This document shows, in pieces, positions 1-9,596 of a stretch of DNA of 64,000 bases (the stretch's first letter is position 1; each line of letters begins with the position of its first letter). The position numbers and the translations under genes were made by a program. A model generated the notes under the pieces. It was not told the origin of the DNA and searched no databases. It was given only the letters and a program-made list of their open reading frames with translations. The DNA is taken from the IMG/VR virus record IMGVR_UViG_3300034012_000625, positions 1,259 to 65,258 of that record. The stretch is one strand, 5' to 3'. The stretch comes from a virus (taxonomy: Duplodnaviria > Caudoviricetes).

Positions 1-499
1 CCGAGAGGTCAACTTGGGTCGACGGTGTGTTGCTGTTGGTGCCACCAGATACCAGCGGGTGTGCAGTGCTGAACAGAGCCACGCCATCACCACCCGGATA
101 CGAGTTGGAGAAGCCGTTGTTCAGTACAGCAGCAGCTTTTACCTGCTTGGTGTACGCCATTGCACGAGCCAGCGCCTTGGTATAACGAGCCGAGAGGCTG
201 TCATACAGGTTATCTTCGATGGCCTCTTCGGTCAGCGAGAAACCCAGAGCGATGGTTTCGTGGTTGTATCGAGCAGTCCAAGCTTCCTGACCATTGTCGT
301 ACCGGATCGCAGAACCTTCGTTCTTGACCGGTGCGGCGCTGAAGCCAGACAGTTTGGTTTCTTCTTCGAAGGAACGCTCGGAGGTCTCTGTTTCGTAGAT
401 CTCTTTGTGTTCTTCGCCATAACGAGCGTACTCCATGCCGAACAGGGCGTTCAGGCCAGGCAGTAGCTCTTTCAGTAGTTGTGCGCGTGAAATAGCCAT
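1..499 (-). CDS. Major capsid protein (5' part; runs off the window start)
   Basis: Not in the ORF track. Reverse strand reads MAISRAQLLKELLPGLNALFGMEYARYGEEHKEIYETETSERSFEEETKLSGFSAAPVKNEGSAIRYD..., the typical MCP N-terminus of this phage group. AGGAGT RBS upstream; lies downstream of the scaffold gene. Confidence 0.9.
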   Translation of the reverse strand, partial: MAISRAQLLKELLPGLNALFGMEYARYGEEHKEIYETETSERSFEEETKLSGFSAAPVKNEGSAIRYDNGQEAWTARYNHETIALGFSLTEEAIEDNLYDSLSARYTKALARAMAYTKQVKAAAVLNNGFSNSYPGGDGVALFSTAHPLVSGGTNSNTPSTQVDLS

Positions 500-509
500 G
501 TCTTACTCC

Positions 510-1166
510 TTAAACACCGGTCGGGTTCAGATACGCATGTCCGCCAGTTACTGTAGAAGTAACAAGGTTCGATGTGTTCGTGAACGTAGAGACGATGTAT
601 GGTGCATTAAATTTGCAAATGAACTCGCAGTAGCCGTTTGCGCTGTTTGATGTATCAGGGACGATGTCCACGATACGGATCGGCAGCGAAGCAGTTGTTG
701 CAAACGATGCTCCAGAAATTGCAACTTGCGAATCACCAGTGGTATTCGAACCATTGTTCTGTACCAGTGCAGCGTTCAGGCCGATCTGCTCCGAGCTGTA
801 GAAAGCCACGGTAGTACCGGACGAAACGGCAGCCACTTTGAACAGAACGTCCGGGTCATCCACGATGTAAGCCTGGATGTCAGGAGCATTGGTACCGCCA
901 GTGTACGACTGGAAGTTCAGCTTCTGCTGGGTGGACGGGTTTGTGTAAGTGCAGCCAACAAAGATGCCAACCGGGGTTGCAGTCGTAGTGCCTGTGTCCT
1001 TTTGGACCGTGCCATCCGATGCAATTTTTACGACATCACCGTAGTAAATGCTAGTGGCGTAACCAGCAGCAATACGGAATAGGCGAGTCGAACCGGCGTA
1101 CACCTGCCCGCCGATCAAATTGATCGGCTGAAGCCCATAAGGCTTCGATACAGTAGGATATGCCAT
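510..1166 (-). CDS. Capsid-associated (decoration/minor head) protein
   Basis: MAYPTVSKPYGLQP...IYYGDVV; beta-rich; directly upstream of MCP. Start trimmed to the ATG at 1166. Confidence 0.65.
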   Translation of the reverse strand: MAYPTVSKPYGLQPINLIGGQVYAGSTRLFRIAAGYATSIYYGDVVKIASDGTVQKDTGTTTATPVGIFVGCTYTNPSTQQKLNFQSYTGGTNAPDIQAYIVDDPDVLFKVAAVSSGTTVAFYSSEQIGLNAALVQNNGSNTTGDSQVAISGASFATTASLPIRIVDIVPDTSNSANGYCEFICKFNAPYIVSTFTNTSNLVTSTVTGGHAYLNPTGV

Positions 1167-1183
1167 TGATAACTCCAATAAGT

Positions 1184-1630
1184 TTAACCGCCACCTCGCG
1201 TCGTCGATGAACTCGACTCCTTGAATAGCGGCATACGTGGGTCGTTTTGACGCATAAGGTTGTTGTCCACTGCCCGGATTTGCTGTTCCGATTGTGCAAG
1301 GTAATGGTTGTTACGTTGCTCGGCTAGCTCCTCTGGCGTCTTGCACAACAACACGTCGCCGACTTGGACACAGTCTTTCCACCGTCCCTCGCCGTTGACT
1401 AGCAGTCCATATTGCGGTTGCTCTTCGACTTTCACCGGCTCCCAACCTTCTCGTAGTTTGATAGAGATGTTGCGAGCGTCAGCTTGTCCTCCAAGCGACA
1501 CGCGAATCCAACGGTATTTGTAACCCGGCTGCTTATCTGGTTCTGGCAGAAGCTCCGGCGGCGCCCACTGCTGGGGACGCTGCGTTTGGTTACGACTCTC
1601 TGTACTGCGCGGTGTGCGATTCTCAGCCAT
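1184..1630 (-). CDS. Conserved head-module protein
   Basis: MAENRTPR...PGYKYRWIR...LREGWEPV; overlaps the scaffold stop. Confidence 0.65.
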   Translation of the reverse strand: MAENRTPRSTESRNQTQRPQQWAPPELLPEPDKQPGYKYRWIRVSLGGQADARNISIKLREGWEPVKVEEQPQYGLLVNGEGRWKDCVQVGDVLLCKTPEELAEQRNNHYLAQSEQQIRAVDNNLMRQNDPRMPLFKESSSSTTRGGG

Positions 1631-2570
1631 TTCTACCCTCCAATTTTTGCATTTCCTGCACGTATTTTTCCAGCGGTACGCCAAGTTTTTTTGCCATGGC
1701 GACTGCGGACTGCTTAACCAAGATCTTCTTCGATCCAGTGCTTCTCGTTGCAGGTGCAACAACCGGAGCAGGTTTCTCGCGCTGGGGTTTTGTCTCCTGC
1801 GCAGGGGCTTCCTCCTGATCCGCAAAATGCTCTGGGAATCGACGGCGTATGGTCTCGTCGACCTTCTTCCAGTATTCGTCCGTAGACGGATATGCCGTCC
1901 CGTACTGAGAGACCAACTTCTGATGCAAGCCCAGAGCCAAGCTGGTCATTTCCTCGTCCTTACCGAACCATTGATTGCGCTCTTGCCACGCAATTGCCCT
2001 CTGGTCAGGACGAGGTGCTGGATTGGCAACAGGTTGTACATCAGTTTCCGGCTCTTGTCTAGACGGAACGTATTCTGACACCCGCTGCAATTTGTACTGC
2101 GCGTGATTCAACTTCTCCTGCGCGTCTATCAGAGCGTCAGAATCGCCAACGTCGTAGGCTTCTTTGTAAGCCTTCTTGGCTGCCTGCAACTCAAGCTCTG
2201 CCGCCGATTTTGCTGTAGCAACAAACGCCGTTTCACCTTGCGTCAGCCGGCTCTTGAGTGCATTGTTCTCCTCAAGAATCCGCTTGGCGTAGGCCAGGGC
2301 TTCCTGCTGCTCACGCAACGCCTGCTCTTTCTCCCGACGCTCGTCGTGGTACACCTTCTTCATCTGCTTCAGGCGCACCTTTACGGTGTCGGAGTATTCC
2401 TCAAGCTCGTCGTTATCCAGCTCTTCGACAATCTCCTTGGGCATCGGCTCCTTGCCGCGATCCTCTGGAGGAGTATCGTCCTCTATCTCATACTCAAATT
2501 CCTCCTTGGCCTCGGCTTTTGGTTCCTGCTCATCAGGGAATTTGAAGTCATCCATGTCTTGTTGTGCCAT
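1623..2570 (-). CDS. Capsid scaffolding protein
   Basis: Acidic N-terminus, long coiled coil, NQWFG motif, C-terminal 'AKKLGVPLEKY'; lies between portal and MCP. Confidence 0.7.
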   Translation of the reverse strand: MAQQDMDDFKFPDEQEPKAEAKEEFEYEIEDDTPPEDRGKEPMPKEIVEELDNDELEEYSDTVKVRLKQMKKVYHDERREKEQALREQQEALAYAKRILEENNALKSRLTQGETAFVATAKSAAELELQAAKKAYKEAYDVGDSDALIDAQEKLNHAQYKLQRVSEYVPSRQEPETDVQPVANPAPRPDQRAIAWQERNQWFGKDEEMTSLALGLHQKLVSQYGTAYPSTDEYWKKVDETIRRRFPEHFADQEEAPAQETKPQREKPAPVVAPATRSTGSKKILVKQSAVAMAKKLGVPLEKYVQEMQKLEGRNG

Positions 2571-2584
2571 GTGTTTCTCCTTTG

Positions 2585-2986
2585 TTATGCACGACTAATG
2601 CCGCGCGGATCCTGCACTACCGCCTCGACCACATCGTCGTTGATGAGTCGGAACTCACGACCATGAATCTTCAGCCGAGTGCCAGTGTTTGGACGGGCGA
2701 GAATAAAATCCCCTTCCTTGCACCATGGACCATTCGGGAACCGCTTCTCATCTTTGTAACAATCGGGTCCCATTTTGATGACGAAAAAGACAGTTGCCAG
2801 TACCTTTTCCTCGTACAGAGTTTGGTCTGCCTTGACTAGCCCGCTGTCAAATTTCTCTTCTGCTTCCGGCAGAGCGACCAGGATGTGGTATCCCGTAGGC
2901 TCTGGCAGTTGTCTTGCTTTCTCCTCCGCTGTTTCTGGCAGCATTGAAGTCTCGCCATCTTGACTGGCGATTAAAATTTCACTCAT
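2585..2986 (-). CDS. GroES/Cpn10-like co-chaperonin
   Basis: PTGYHILV...SGLV...KEGDFIL...GTRLKIHGREFRLINDDVVEAV matches the GroES pattern. Start at MSEILIA. Confidence 0.8.
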   Translation of the reverse strand: MSEILIASQDGETSMLPETAEEKARQLPEPTGYHILVALPEAEEKFDSGLVKADQTLYEEKVLATVFFVIKMGPDCYKDEKRFPNGPWCKEGDFILARPNTGTRLKIHGREFRLINDDVVEAVVQDPRGISRA

Positions 2987-3170
2987 CGGAATACTCCATT
3001 TTTTTTGCAAGGTCCAAGATAAAACCCTCTGCCAGCGATAGACCTCGGATCTCGCCGCAAAGTTTTTGATAATCAGCATAGTCCTTGGCCGCGCTATTGG
3101 ACACGGCCTCCACTATCTGATCGCGCTTGTCACGCACCTGTTTGAGCAGTACTTCAAGCGCTTTTTCCAT
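2979..3170 (-). CDS. Small conserved head-module protein
   Basis: 63 aa, 'DYADYQKLCGEIRGL'; coupled between portal and the GroES-like gene. Confidence 0.6.
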   Translation of the reverse strand: MEKALEVLLKQVRDKRDQIVEAVSNSAAKDYADYQKLCGEIRGLSLAEGFILDLAKKMEYSDE

Positions 3171-3173
3171 GGA

Positions 3174-5642
3174 TTACTCCTTCTTCTTCGCCGGTTTTGG
3201 CGGCGGTTTTCTCATCTCAACTTGGTCTCGGGCGATCTGCGTACCTAGCTTTATGCCTTCCAACTCCATGCGAGCGTCCAGATCTGCCTTGTCTTTTGCC
3301 GACTTGGCACCGACCTGCATACCCGCAATCTCTTTCTGCGCCGCGATGCGCTCTTCCTCGATGCGGATTTTGTCCGCCTTCTCGGATGCTTCCACCGTGA
3401 GCTTCTGCTTCTTGAGTTCCAGTTCCTGCATCTTGAGCTGGAGTTCTGCCTGCTGCATTTGGACAATCGGATCTTGCGCAGTCTGTTGCGCCTGCTGTTG
3501 TGCAGCTTCCGCTTGATCTTTTTGCAACAGCTTCGTTGCCGCTGCCGCCATCATGCGCGACACCTCGACTTCCACTTCCTCCGGCAACTCCTTGTCCATC
3601 TCTGGCAACGGAACGCCCAGCATTTCTTCAATCTGTTTACGGTACTCAAACGCCACATGCTCGTTAATGTGAGCCATAAGTGCCGCCTGCATCAGCTGCG
3701 CGCGCGGGTTCTGGCCAATAACAGCAGCCATCTTTGGATCTTGCATGGCCGACATGTGTACCGTGATGTGCGCCTGATGATCCTGATAGATGAACGCCTT
3801 GACCGGCTTGCCATTTAGGACAGCCATGTTCTCGGACACAGGATCTTTTGGCTTCTGATCTTCTGCCGCAGGAACTAGCTTGCCGACGTTCTTGATACCT
3901 AGAACATCCAACATCTGACGGTTCAACTCCACCATGTCATAGATCTGCGGGTTGGCCTGCGCCATCTGCATCACAGCCTGGTACTGCACCACCTTCTGTG
4001 CCATCGTGGCCGAGTTGGGGTCAGATACCGGGATGACATCGACATCGTCATAGTCCGACTTCTTCGCGCGCGGCGTGCCTTCCACCGGTACATAGTTGTA
4101 CTGGTCTGGCGTGTAGTCCCGAATGATGTCCTTCAGAAGCTTCAACTCCTGCTTCATGGCGTAGTGAATACGCGCCTGCACCGCAGACATCACCTTCAGG
4201 GTACGTTCCAGAATGGCTAACGTTGTACCAACCGGTGAGTTGGCCGACATGTCAGCGATCTTCAAGTCAGCCGCAGCAGCAAACCGGCGGCCTTCCTCGA
4301 CGATCTGGTTCATCAGTCCAAGAAGTACTTGGCTCGGCTCTTTGTACGGAAGTGGGAGGATGTTGTCCCTGATCGTGCCGGCGGCAACGTCCACATCTCG
4401 GAACTCGCCGGGTGCAATTGGAGTGTCATCTCCTTTGACCCGCATTCCCTTAGTCTTGAGACCGCCAGGCAGGTTCGATAGAGTCCCAGCATCAACCAGC
4501 TGACGAATAATAGAAGTACCAGACTTAGCGAAAGCACCGATAAGATGAATAAGGCCGAAGGCATAGAAGCCAAAGCCGGGGATATATGGGTAGTGAACAA
4601 AGTGGTTCCTCTTCTGATAGGTCTCATCTTCCGGCCGCCAGTTTCTTCTGATTGACAGAACTTCCTGCGAGGTCTTTTCTATAGTGACAATGTACGGAAG
4701 ACCAATCTCCGTCTTTTTACCCTTGTCATCCGTGTCCTCGTACCCCGGCAGATCCAGATACACCTGCATTTCCATGATCTTGTACCGATCATCCGATGTC
4801 GCCCGAAAACCCATCTTCTCGGCAATCGACTTCTCGATATCGTCCAGCACATTCTCTGGCTCTGGCAGGTCAATATCTCTGTAGAACCCTGCTACCATCA
4901 GGCGGCGCAGTTCATTCTTGGTCTTTCTCATGACGTGCGTCACACGCGGCGCAGATTCCAAGTTACTCGCCCCGTATGGCACCACCACGTCTTCCGCCGG
5001 CACGAATAGCGACACCTGACGGCCAAGACTTGGGTCGTAGTACACCTTCTTGAACGCATTACCCGCTAGTCCCAAGCCCCACAGCATCCGTTCATGTTCA
5101 GGCCGGTACTCGGTCATGACTTCTGTGAGCTGGTAGTTCATGTCATCCCGAACACGCTCCGCCGCATCCTTCTTCTTTGGCGTTTCTTTCCCGATAATCT
5201 TGGTTTTCACCGGACCTGCGGCCGGGAACGTCTCCATGATCGTCTCAGCTTGGAACTTCACCAGTGCTTCAGACAGAAGTGGGTGATAAACACCACAGGC
5301 ACCTTCCCATGGCTCTGATCTTTCCTCGATCTTCATGCCCAACAGCTCTAGGCCGTCGACATACGTCTTCATCCAGTCCTTGCGGCTGTCGATATCGTCC
5401 TGAAAGTCACTAAGCAGGTCAGAGGCCAGGGATTGCAGCTCATCTGTCGCCATTTCCTCGGCCAGATTCTCGGAAAACTCATCGTCTTCCTCGTCTTTTT
5501 CCATCGTGATCTCTATATCACCTAGTCCTATAGATACAGACTCGGGATCCTCGATCTCAATCTCTATCGGCTCTGCGTCCATGAGCGCTTCGTCCATCCC
5601 AACCGGCAGCTGGTACAGCGCCTTGTCCATATTTGTCGCCAT
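3174..5642 (-). CDS. Portal protein
   Basis: 822 aa directly after TerL; 'PWEGACGVYHPLLSEA', 'AFKKVYYD', 'GFGFYAFGLIH'; Gln-rich coiled-coil C-terminus as in P22-like portals. Confidence 0.9.
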   Translation of the reverse strand: MATNMDKALYQLPVGMDEALMDAEPIEIEIEDPESVSIGLGDIEITMEKDEEDDEFSENLAEEMATDELQSLASDLLSDFQDDIDSRKDWMKTYVDGLELLGMKIEERSEPWEGACGVYHPLLSEALVKFQAETIMETFPAAGPVKTKIIGKETPKKKDAAERVRDDMNYQLTEVMTEYRPEHERMLWGLGLAGNAFKKVYYDPSLGRQVSLFVPAEDVVVPYGASNLESAPRVTHVMRKTKNELRRLMVAGFYRDIDLPEPENVLDDIEKSIAEKMGFRATSDDRYKIMEMQVYLDLPGYEDTDDKGKKTEIGLPYIVTIEKTSQEVLSIRRNWRPEDETYQKRNHFVHYPYIPGFGFYAFGLIHLIGAFAKSGTSIIRQLVDAGTLSNLPGGLKTKGMRVKGDDTPIAPGEFRDVDVAAGTIRDNILPLPYKEPSQVLLGLMNQIVEEGRRFAAAADLKIADMSANSPVGTTLAILERTLKVMSAVQARIHYAMKQELKLLKDIIRDYTPDQYNYVPVEGTPRAKKSDYDDVDVIPVSDPNSATMAQKVVQYQAVMQMAQANPQIYDMVELNRQMLDVLGIKNVGKLVPAAEDQKPKDPVSENMAVLNGKPVKAFIYQDHQAHITVHMSAMQDPKMAAVIGQNPRAQLMQAALMAHINEHVAFEYRKQIEEMLGVPLPEMDKELPEEVEVEVSRMMAAAATKLLQKDQAEAAQQQAQQTAQDPIVQMQQAELQLKMQELELKKQKLTVEASEKADKIRIEEERIAAQKEIAGMQVGAKSAKDKADLDARMELEGIKLGTQIARDQVEMRKPPPKPAKKKE

Positions 5643-5651
5643 CGTCTATCC

Positions 5652-7127
5652 TCAGTAGTAACTGCGCCTGCGCCGCAGGTCCAGTGGCTCATCTTCCTCG
5701 TCAGAACCCAACCGCAGGAAGCCGCCTTGTCGAAATCGTATCAACGCCTGTACGCCAGAGTCGACCAAATCGTCATGCTCTGCGTTTGGAAACCGGGCAA
5801 ACTCTTCAATCACGTCTTCTGCCCACCGTTTGTCCGGCGCCCACACTTTACCGGAAGAAAATAGGTCTGTAACGCTGTTCAGACGCACGAACTTGTCGTT
5901 GCCGCGTGTCGGTGTGAAGTCTTGAACCATCACACCCATCCGTCGCAGCTCAAATATCAGGGGAGCGCCTGCTGCTTTTGCTTCAATAATGCAAGCGTCC
6001 GGCTCCCAATCGTCGTACATCTCTTTCGCCTTCACCTTCAGCTCGGGAAACTCCACCTTTCCCTTCCACGCATCCAGCAAAATGATGTTCACATCGTTCT
6101 CATCCTCGTCTTTGTGGAAAACACCCCAGGTCGTACACGCAGAATAGTCACTCCGCTGGTTTTTTGTGTACGCCGTGTCCCAACTTTGGATGATAAATTC
6201 GCACGGAGGCGCTCTATCTGCCTCCCAAACCCGCCACCAGTCCCTTTTTACCAGCGCACCCTCTTCTCCCGTGGGCTTTTGCTGGTACTGGGCGTTCCAT
6301 TTATACGGCGGAAGCTCCTCTTTTAGCGCCAGAAGCTCGTTTACAGGCCAAAATTCAGGCCATAGGCTATTCCCCGACGGCAAAATCGCAGGGAACTCGA
6401 TTACTTCCCACTCTGTCGCGTCTGATTTCAACACCCGGCCGGTCAGATCCTTGTCCGACCAGCGCGTCATCACCACAACAATCGCCCCGCCCGGCTGCAA
6501 ACGCTGACGCGGGCCAGATGTGTACCATTCGTACACACTGTCAAACACCGTCGGATCGCCCTGCGCGAGTCTCGCCTCTTGTTCTGAATGCGGGTCATCT
6601 ATTATTAGTAGGTCCGCGCCTTTACCAGTAACAGTGCCGCCGACACCAATCGCAAAGTAATCCCCGCCGTGACTTGTCGCCCAACGGCCGGCCGCTTTCG
6701 AGTCCACTCTCAGTCCCACTCCGGGGAAGATCTTCGCGTAGTGATCGCTGTCCACCAGGTTCCTGACCTTCCGGCCAAATCCCACCGCCAGTTCGGCCGT
6801 GTTTGATGTCTGGATAACCTTCTTCTCCGGGTTGTTCCCCAGATACCACGCCGGCAATAAGTAACTCGCAAACTCCGACTTCGTGTGTCGCGGCGGCATG
6901 TTGATAATCAGCCGCTTCAACTTCCCTTCCGCGATCTCCTCAAACTTCTTGGCCATGATGGCGTGGTGTCTGCCATGTATAAACCCAGGCCACATCTCTT
7001 TTACGAACGACATGAACTTGCCCTGCGCGCGCTCTCTGGCCACCGCATCCCGGTACTGCGCCACCTGCTCTAACAACTTATCCTGTTCGGCCGGCGGCAA
7101 CTTCCCTATCAGCTCACTCAAGTCCAC
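5652..7127 (-). CDS. terL: Terminase large subunit
   Basis: Walker A variant 'MPPRHTKS', Walker B 'LLIIDDP', motif III 'MTRW', RNase H-like 'SWDTA...HDDLVD'. Confidence 0.95.
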   Translation of the reverse strand: MDLSELIGKLPPAEQDKLLEQVAQYRDAVARERAQGKFMSFVKEMWPGFIHGRHHAIMAKKFEEIAEGKLKRLIINMPPRHTKSEFASYLLPAWYLGNNPEKKVIQTSNTAELAVGFGRKVRNLVDSDHYAKIFPGVGLRVDSKAAGRWATSHGGDYFAIGVGGTVTGKGADLLIIDDPHSEQEARLAQGDPTVFDSVYEWYTSGPRQRLQPGGAIVVVMTRWSDKDLTGRVLKSDATEWEVIEFPAILPSGNSLWPEFWPVNELLALKEELPPYKWNAQYQQKPTGEEGALVKRDWWRVWEADRAPPCEFIIQSWDTAYTKNQRSDYSACTTWGVFHKDEDENDVNIILLDAWKGKVEFPELKVKAKEMYDDWEPDACIIEAKAAGAPLIFELRRMGVMVQDFTPTRGNDKFVRLNSVTDLFSSGKVWAPDKRWAEDVIEEFARFPNAEHDDLVDSGVQALIRFRQGGFLRLGSDEEDEPLDLRRRRSYY

Positions 7128-7324
7128 GGACTATTCGCCTTTTCTCTCATTGCCACAATCGACATCTCATCCCGCCGCACAGGCCCGTTTAACCGCTTCT
7201 GTATCTTTGCCAAAGTCGGATATATCGACACCGGCCGGTAATACTTCCGCCCAGCCTTCTGCTCCCGGTAGACCTGATACAACAACCGGAACGCCTCTAA
7301 CATCAGCTCTTCGTCGTAACTCAC
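7118..7324 (-). CDS. Hypothetical protein
   Basis: 68-aa ORF overlapping both neighbours. Confidence 0.5.
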   Translation of the reverse strand: MSYDEELMLEAFRLLYQVYREQKAGRKYYRPVSIYPTLAKIQKRLNGPVRRDEMSIVAMREKANSPWT

Positions 7325-7623
7325 TCTAGTGTCCTGAAGTTGATATACACCGGCCGCACAGATCTGCCCGCCCCCTTCACCTTCTTCACCACACCCAGCT
7401 TCACCAACCGCTTGATAATCTCATGCGTGTTCCCCATCCCACCCTTCCCACGCAACTCACATATATCCCGGATAGACGGCCCAAACCCATACTGCTTCCA
7501 CCACTCATCCACAATCAAAAACACTTCCCGCTGCGCCTGTGTCATACCAACCCCCACACACTCCTCATACGTCATCTCCCGCCGACGACGTACCATTTCT
7601 CGATTTATCTGCACATCTGGCAT
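7321..7623 (-). CDS. LexA-like winged-helix DNA-binding protein (no peptidase domain)
   Basis: 'MTQAQREVFLIV...GFGPSIRDIC...HEIIKRLVKLG...RSV' matches the LexA N-terminal domain pattern. Confidence 0.75.
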   Translation of the reverse strand: MPDVQINREMVRRRREMTYEECVGVGMTQAQREVFLIVDEWWKQYGFGPSIRDICELRGKGGMGNTHEIIKRLVKLGVVKKVKGAGRSVRPVYINFRTLE

Positions 7624-7635
7624 ATAACTTGCTTG

Positions 7636-7649
7636 TGTAAATATTTACA
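7636..7649. promoter_or_regulatory. Perfect 14-bp palindrome TGTAAATATTTACA, copy 1
   Basis: Identical copies at 14903-14916 and 18684-18697. Confidence 0.7.
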
Positions 7650-7663
7650 TAGCTGTTTGGCAA

Positions 7664-8380
7664 CTACGTATTTTCTCCAGAAATATCCCCCCCGGGGGTC
7701 TGCGTTTCTGGAGATGACGGGGGGTGTTCCGATTCTGGGGGAAATTGTTCGAGGGGATTACTATGCATATGCGCGTCGGAGTCCCATTCTGCATTTGGGG
7801 GTGTACCCGTACCCTGGGGTTCATCACCCGCCAATTCCACTAGCAGGGAATTCGCGTCAACGTCAACGGCATCGGCCGAGCCGAGCATCATGCTCTTGAG
7901 TTGATCCAGTATCTGGGAACGTATCGCACCGCTGTCCTGGATATGCGTAATCTCTTTGCGTTCGGTGAAGGCCGCGACTTCTGTCACTTGCCCCAGGACT
8001 TTGGCCGCTTGTATGCGTGTTGCGGGCTTTGTGTCGGGATCAATCAGCGCGGAAGTGAGGGAAGAAATCACCAGGGAGCGCAAAGCTTCAGCGGTATGCA
8101 ACGCCGCCACCTGTTTAGCCCGTTCCAGGGCATCTATTTCCATTTGTATTCTGCTATCGGCCTTAAGCCTACTGGCATTGTTCCCGATTGTTTTCGGCGT
8201 TCCCCTGTCGCTGTATGCTTTGCGGTACGCATCAGCGCCTGTCATTCCTTCCAATACCAGCGCTTCGGTGAACCGCTTTTGCTTTGCTGTTAGGCCTGTC
8301 CGACCAAGCCGCAACGCAGAATCAATACCCTTGCTCTTTATCGTTTCCTTTACTTGTTCTCTTATGGCTTTCCTACTCAT
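7664..8380 (-). CDS. terS: Terminase small subunit
   Basis: 'LTAKQKRF...AYRKAY...NASRL' TerS helix-turn-helix pattern; upstream of TerL. Confidence 0.7.
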   Translation of the reverse strand: MSRKAIREQVKETIKSKGIDSALRLGRTGLTAKQKRFTEALVLEGMTGADAYRKAYSDRGTPKTIGNNASRLKADSRIQMEIDALERAKQVAALHTAEALRSLVISSLTSALIDPDTKPATRIQAAKVLGQVTEVAAFTERKEITHIQDSGAIRSQILDQLKSMMLGSADAVDVDANSLLVELAGDEPQGTGTPPNAEWDSDAHMHSNPLEQFPPESEHPPSSPETQTPGGDISGENT

Positions 8381-8530
8381 GGGCTGATCTTCGCTTCGCT
8401 CAGTTACTCGCCGCCGCTTACCATGTTGTCACAATGACAATCACGCTCGGCATTACATGGCCGCACTATAGGGGAACAAATACAGAAAATCAATCGATAC
8501 CGCTAAACCGATCAATAAATACCATTAAAT

Positions 8531-8574
8531 GATGCAATACATACCCTTGACAAATGTATTGCATCGACTAATAT
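8531..8574 (+). promoter_or_regulatory. Sigma70-type promoter of the early cassette region with a flanking 12-bp inverted repeat (operator)
   Basis: TTGACA 8547-8552, TAATAT 8569-8574 (16-bp spacer); GATGCAATACAT (8531-8542) and ATGTATTGCATC (8554-8565) flank the -35 box. Confidence 0.65.
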
Positions 8575-8619
8575 CCCTTCCATGCGCTGCACCCAGTAGC
8601 GCCTACATGGAGAGCAAAC

Positions 8620-8943
8620 ATGAAAGACTATCTCACTATCGGAACTGTACCGACCGACGAAGATTGCACCCATAACGAACCGACCGGACAGTACGCCGCC
8701 GCACAGCGCCGCGAAGCGCAATTATTCGCCGACCAGATTCGCCGCCACTATCCCGAGCCGGATAACGGATATTTGGTTGTGAAATCTTTCCCGCACGACT
8801 TCGGCAGTTACTACGAAGTGTGCGCTGTATTTGATGACGAGGATGAAGCCGCTTGCACTTGGGCATACACCGTTGAAGCCGACCCTCTCGGCGCATTGCG
8901 CCAATGGGATAAAGAAGCACTCGCCACCGCTTCATTTTTCTGA
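8620..8943 (+). CDS. Small acidic early phage protein
   Basis: 107 aa, GGAG RBS, 'FPHDFGSYYEV' motif. Confidence 0.65.
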   Translation: MKDYLTIGTVPTDEDCTHNEPTGQYAAAQRREAQLFADQIRRHYPEPDNGYLVVKSFPHDFGSYYEVCAVFDDEDEAACTWAYTVEADPLGALRQWDKEALATASFF

Positions 8944-8951
8944 CCCGACCC

Positions 8952-8973
8952 GCCCGCTTCGGCGGGCTTTCTT
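8952..8973 (+). terminator. Hairpin/intrinsic terminator
   Basis: GCCCGC-TTCG-GCGGGC followed by TTTCTT. Confidence 0.6.
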
Positions 8974-8985
8974 GGAGCCTAGACC

Positions 8986-9069
8986 ATGCAGACACTCGCC
9001 GAACTCATAGCCGGAGCAATTGGCTTTTTGATAATGTGGGCTTTTCTTTTTGTTCTGTTTTTATTCTGA
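8986..9069 (+). CDS. 27-aa hydrophobic membrane peptide
   Basis: MQTLAELIAGAIGFLIMWAFLFVLFLF*; GGAG RBS; below the ORF-track cutoff. Confidence 0.55.
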   Translation: MQTLAELIAGAIGFLIMWAFLFVLFLF

Positions 9070-9081
9070 GGATTACTGACC

Positions 9082-9366
9082 ATGCCAACGATTAACGACC
9101 ACTATGAATTGACACTTGCCGGACATTGGTTGCCCGCCCTGATTAACGGCGATGAAACCGGACTATCCGACCAGGAATCCGCAGACCTAGCCGCTTTCAT
9201 GCAGACCTACAACGCGCTCGACAATCTGATTATTGAGATTGTCGACGATGAATCTAGCTTCGCCGTTGACGAGGTTTCCGACCTACACGCCGACTGCTAC
9301 ACAGTCCGCTTTCATTTCACTAACCACGCGCTCACCCCGCAGCAACACGCCCTTGACCTAAATTAA
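9082..9366 (+). CDS. Small acidic early protein
   Basis: 94 aa, GAGG RBS, 'WLPALINGDETGL' motif. Confidence 0.65.
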   Translation: MPTINDHYELTLAGHWLPALINGDETGLSDQESADLAAFMQTYNALDNLIIEIVDDESSFAVDEVSDLHADCYTVRFHFTNHALTPQQHALDLN

Positions 9367-9377
9367 TGGAGCCGACC

Positions 9378-9593
9378 ATGTACACAAACCAAAAACAAAT
9401 TCGCGCCGCCTTTTTCGAAGCTTTCCCAGACTTGCCCCGCCGCCGATATCGTTATTCCTGGCGCAGCAACGACAAAACCGCCGAGCTTGTCTATCCGATA
9501 GACACTCGCTGCGCCTTCGTTGATTTTTTGGATAGCTTGCATCGAGCCGGTTTGATATCCGATGCACTCGCACAACGCGCGACTTTGGGGTGA
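9378..9593 (+). CDS. Small early protein
   Basis: MYTNQKQIRAAF...DTRCAFVDFLDSL; GGAG RBS. Confidence 0.6.
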   Translation: MYTNQKQIRAAFFEAFPDLPRRRYRYSWRSNDKTAELVYPIDTRCAFVDFLDSLHRAGLISDALAQRATLG

Positions 9594-9596
9594 AAC

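Noticed and set aside
14-466. Plus-strand 150-aa ORF and minus-strand 232-420 ORF
   Set aside because: Shadows of the major capsid gene, which the ORF track missed because it runs off the window.
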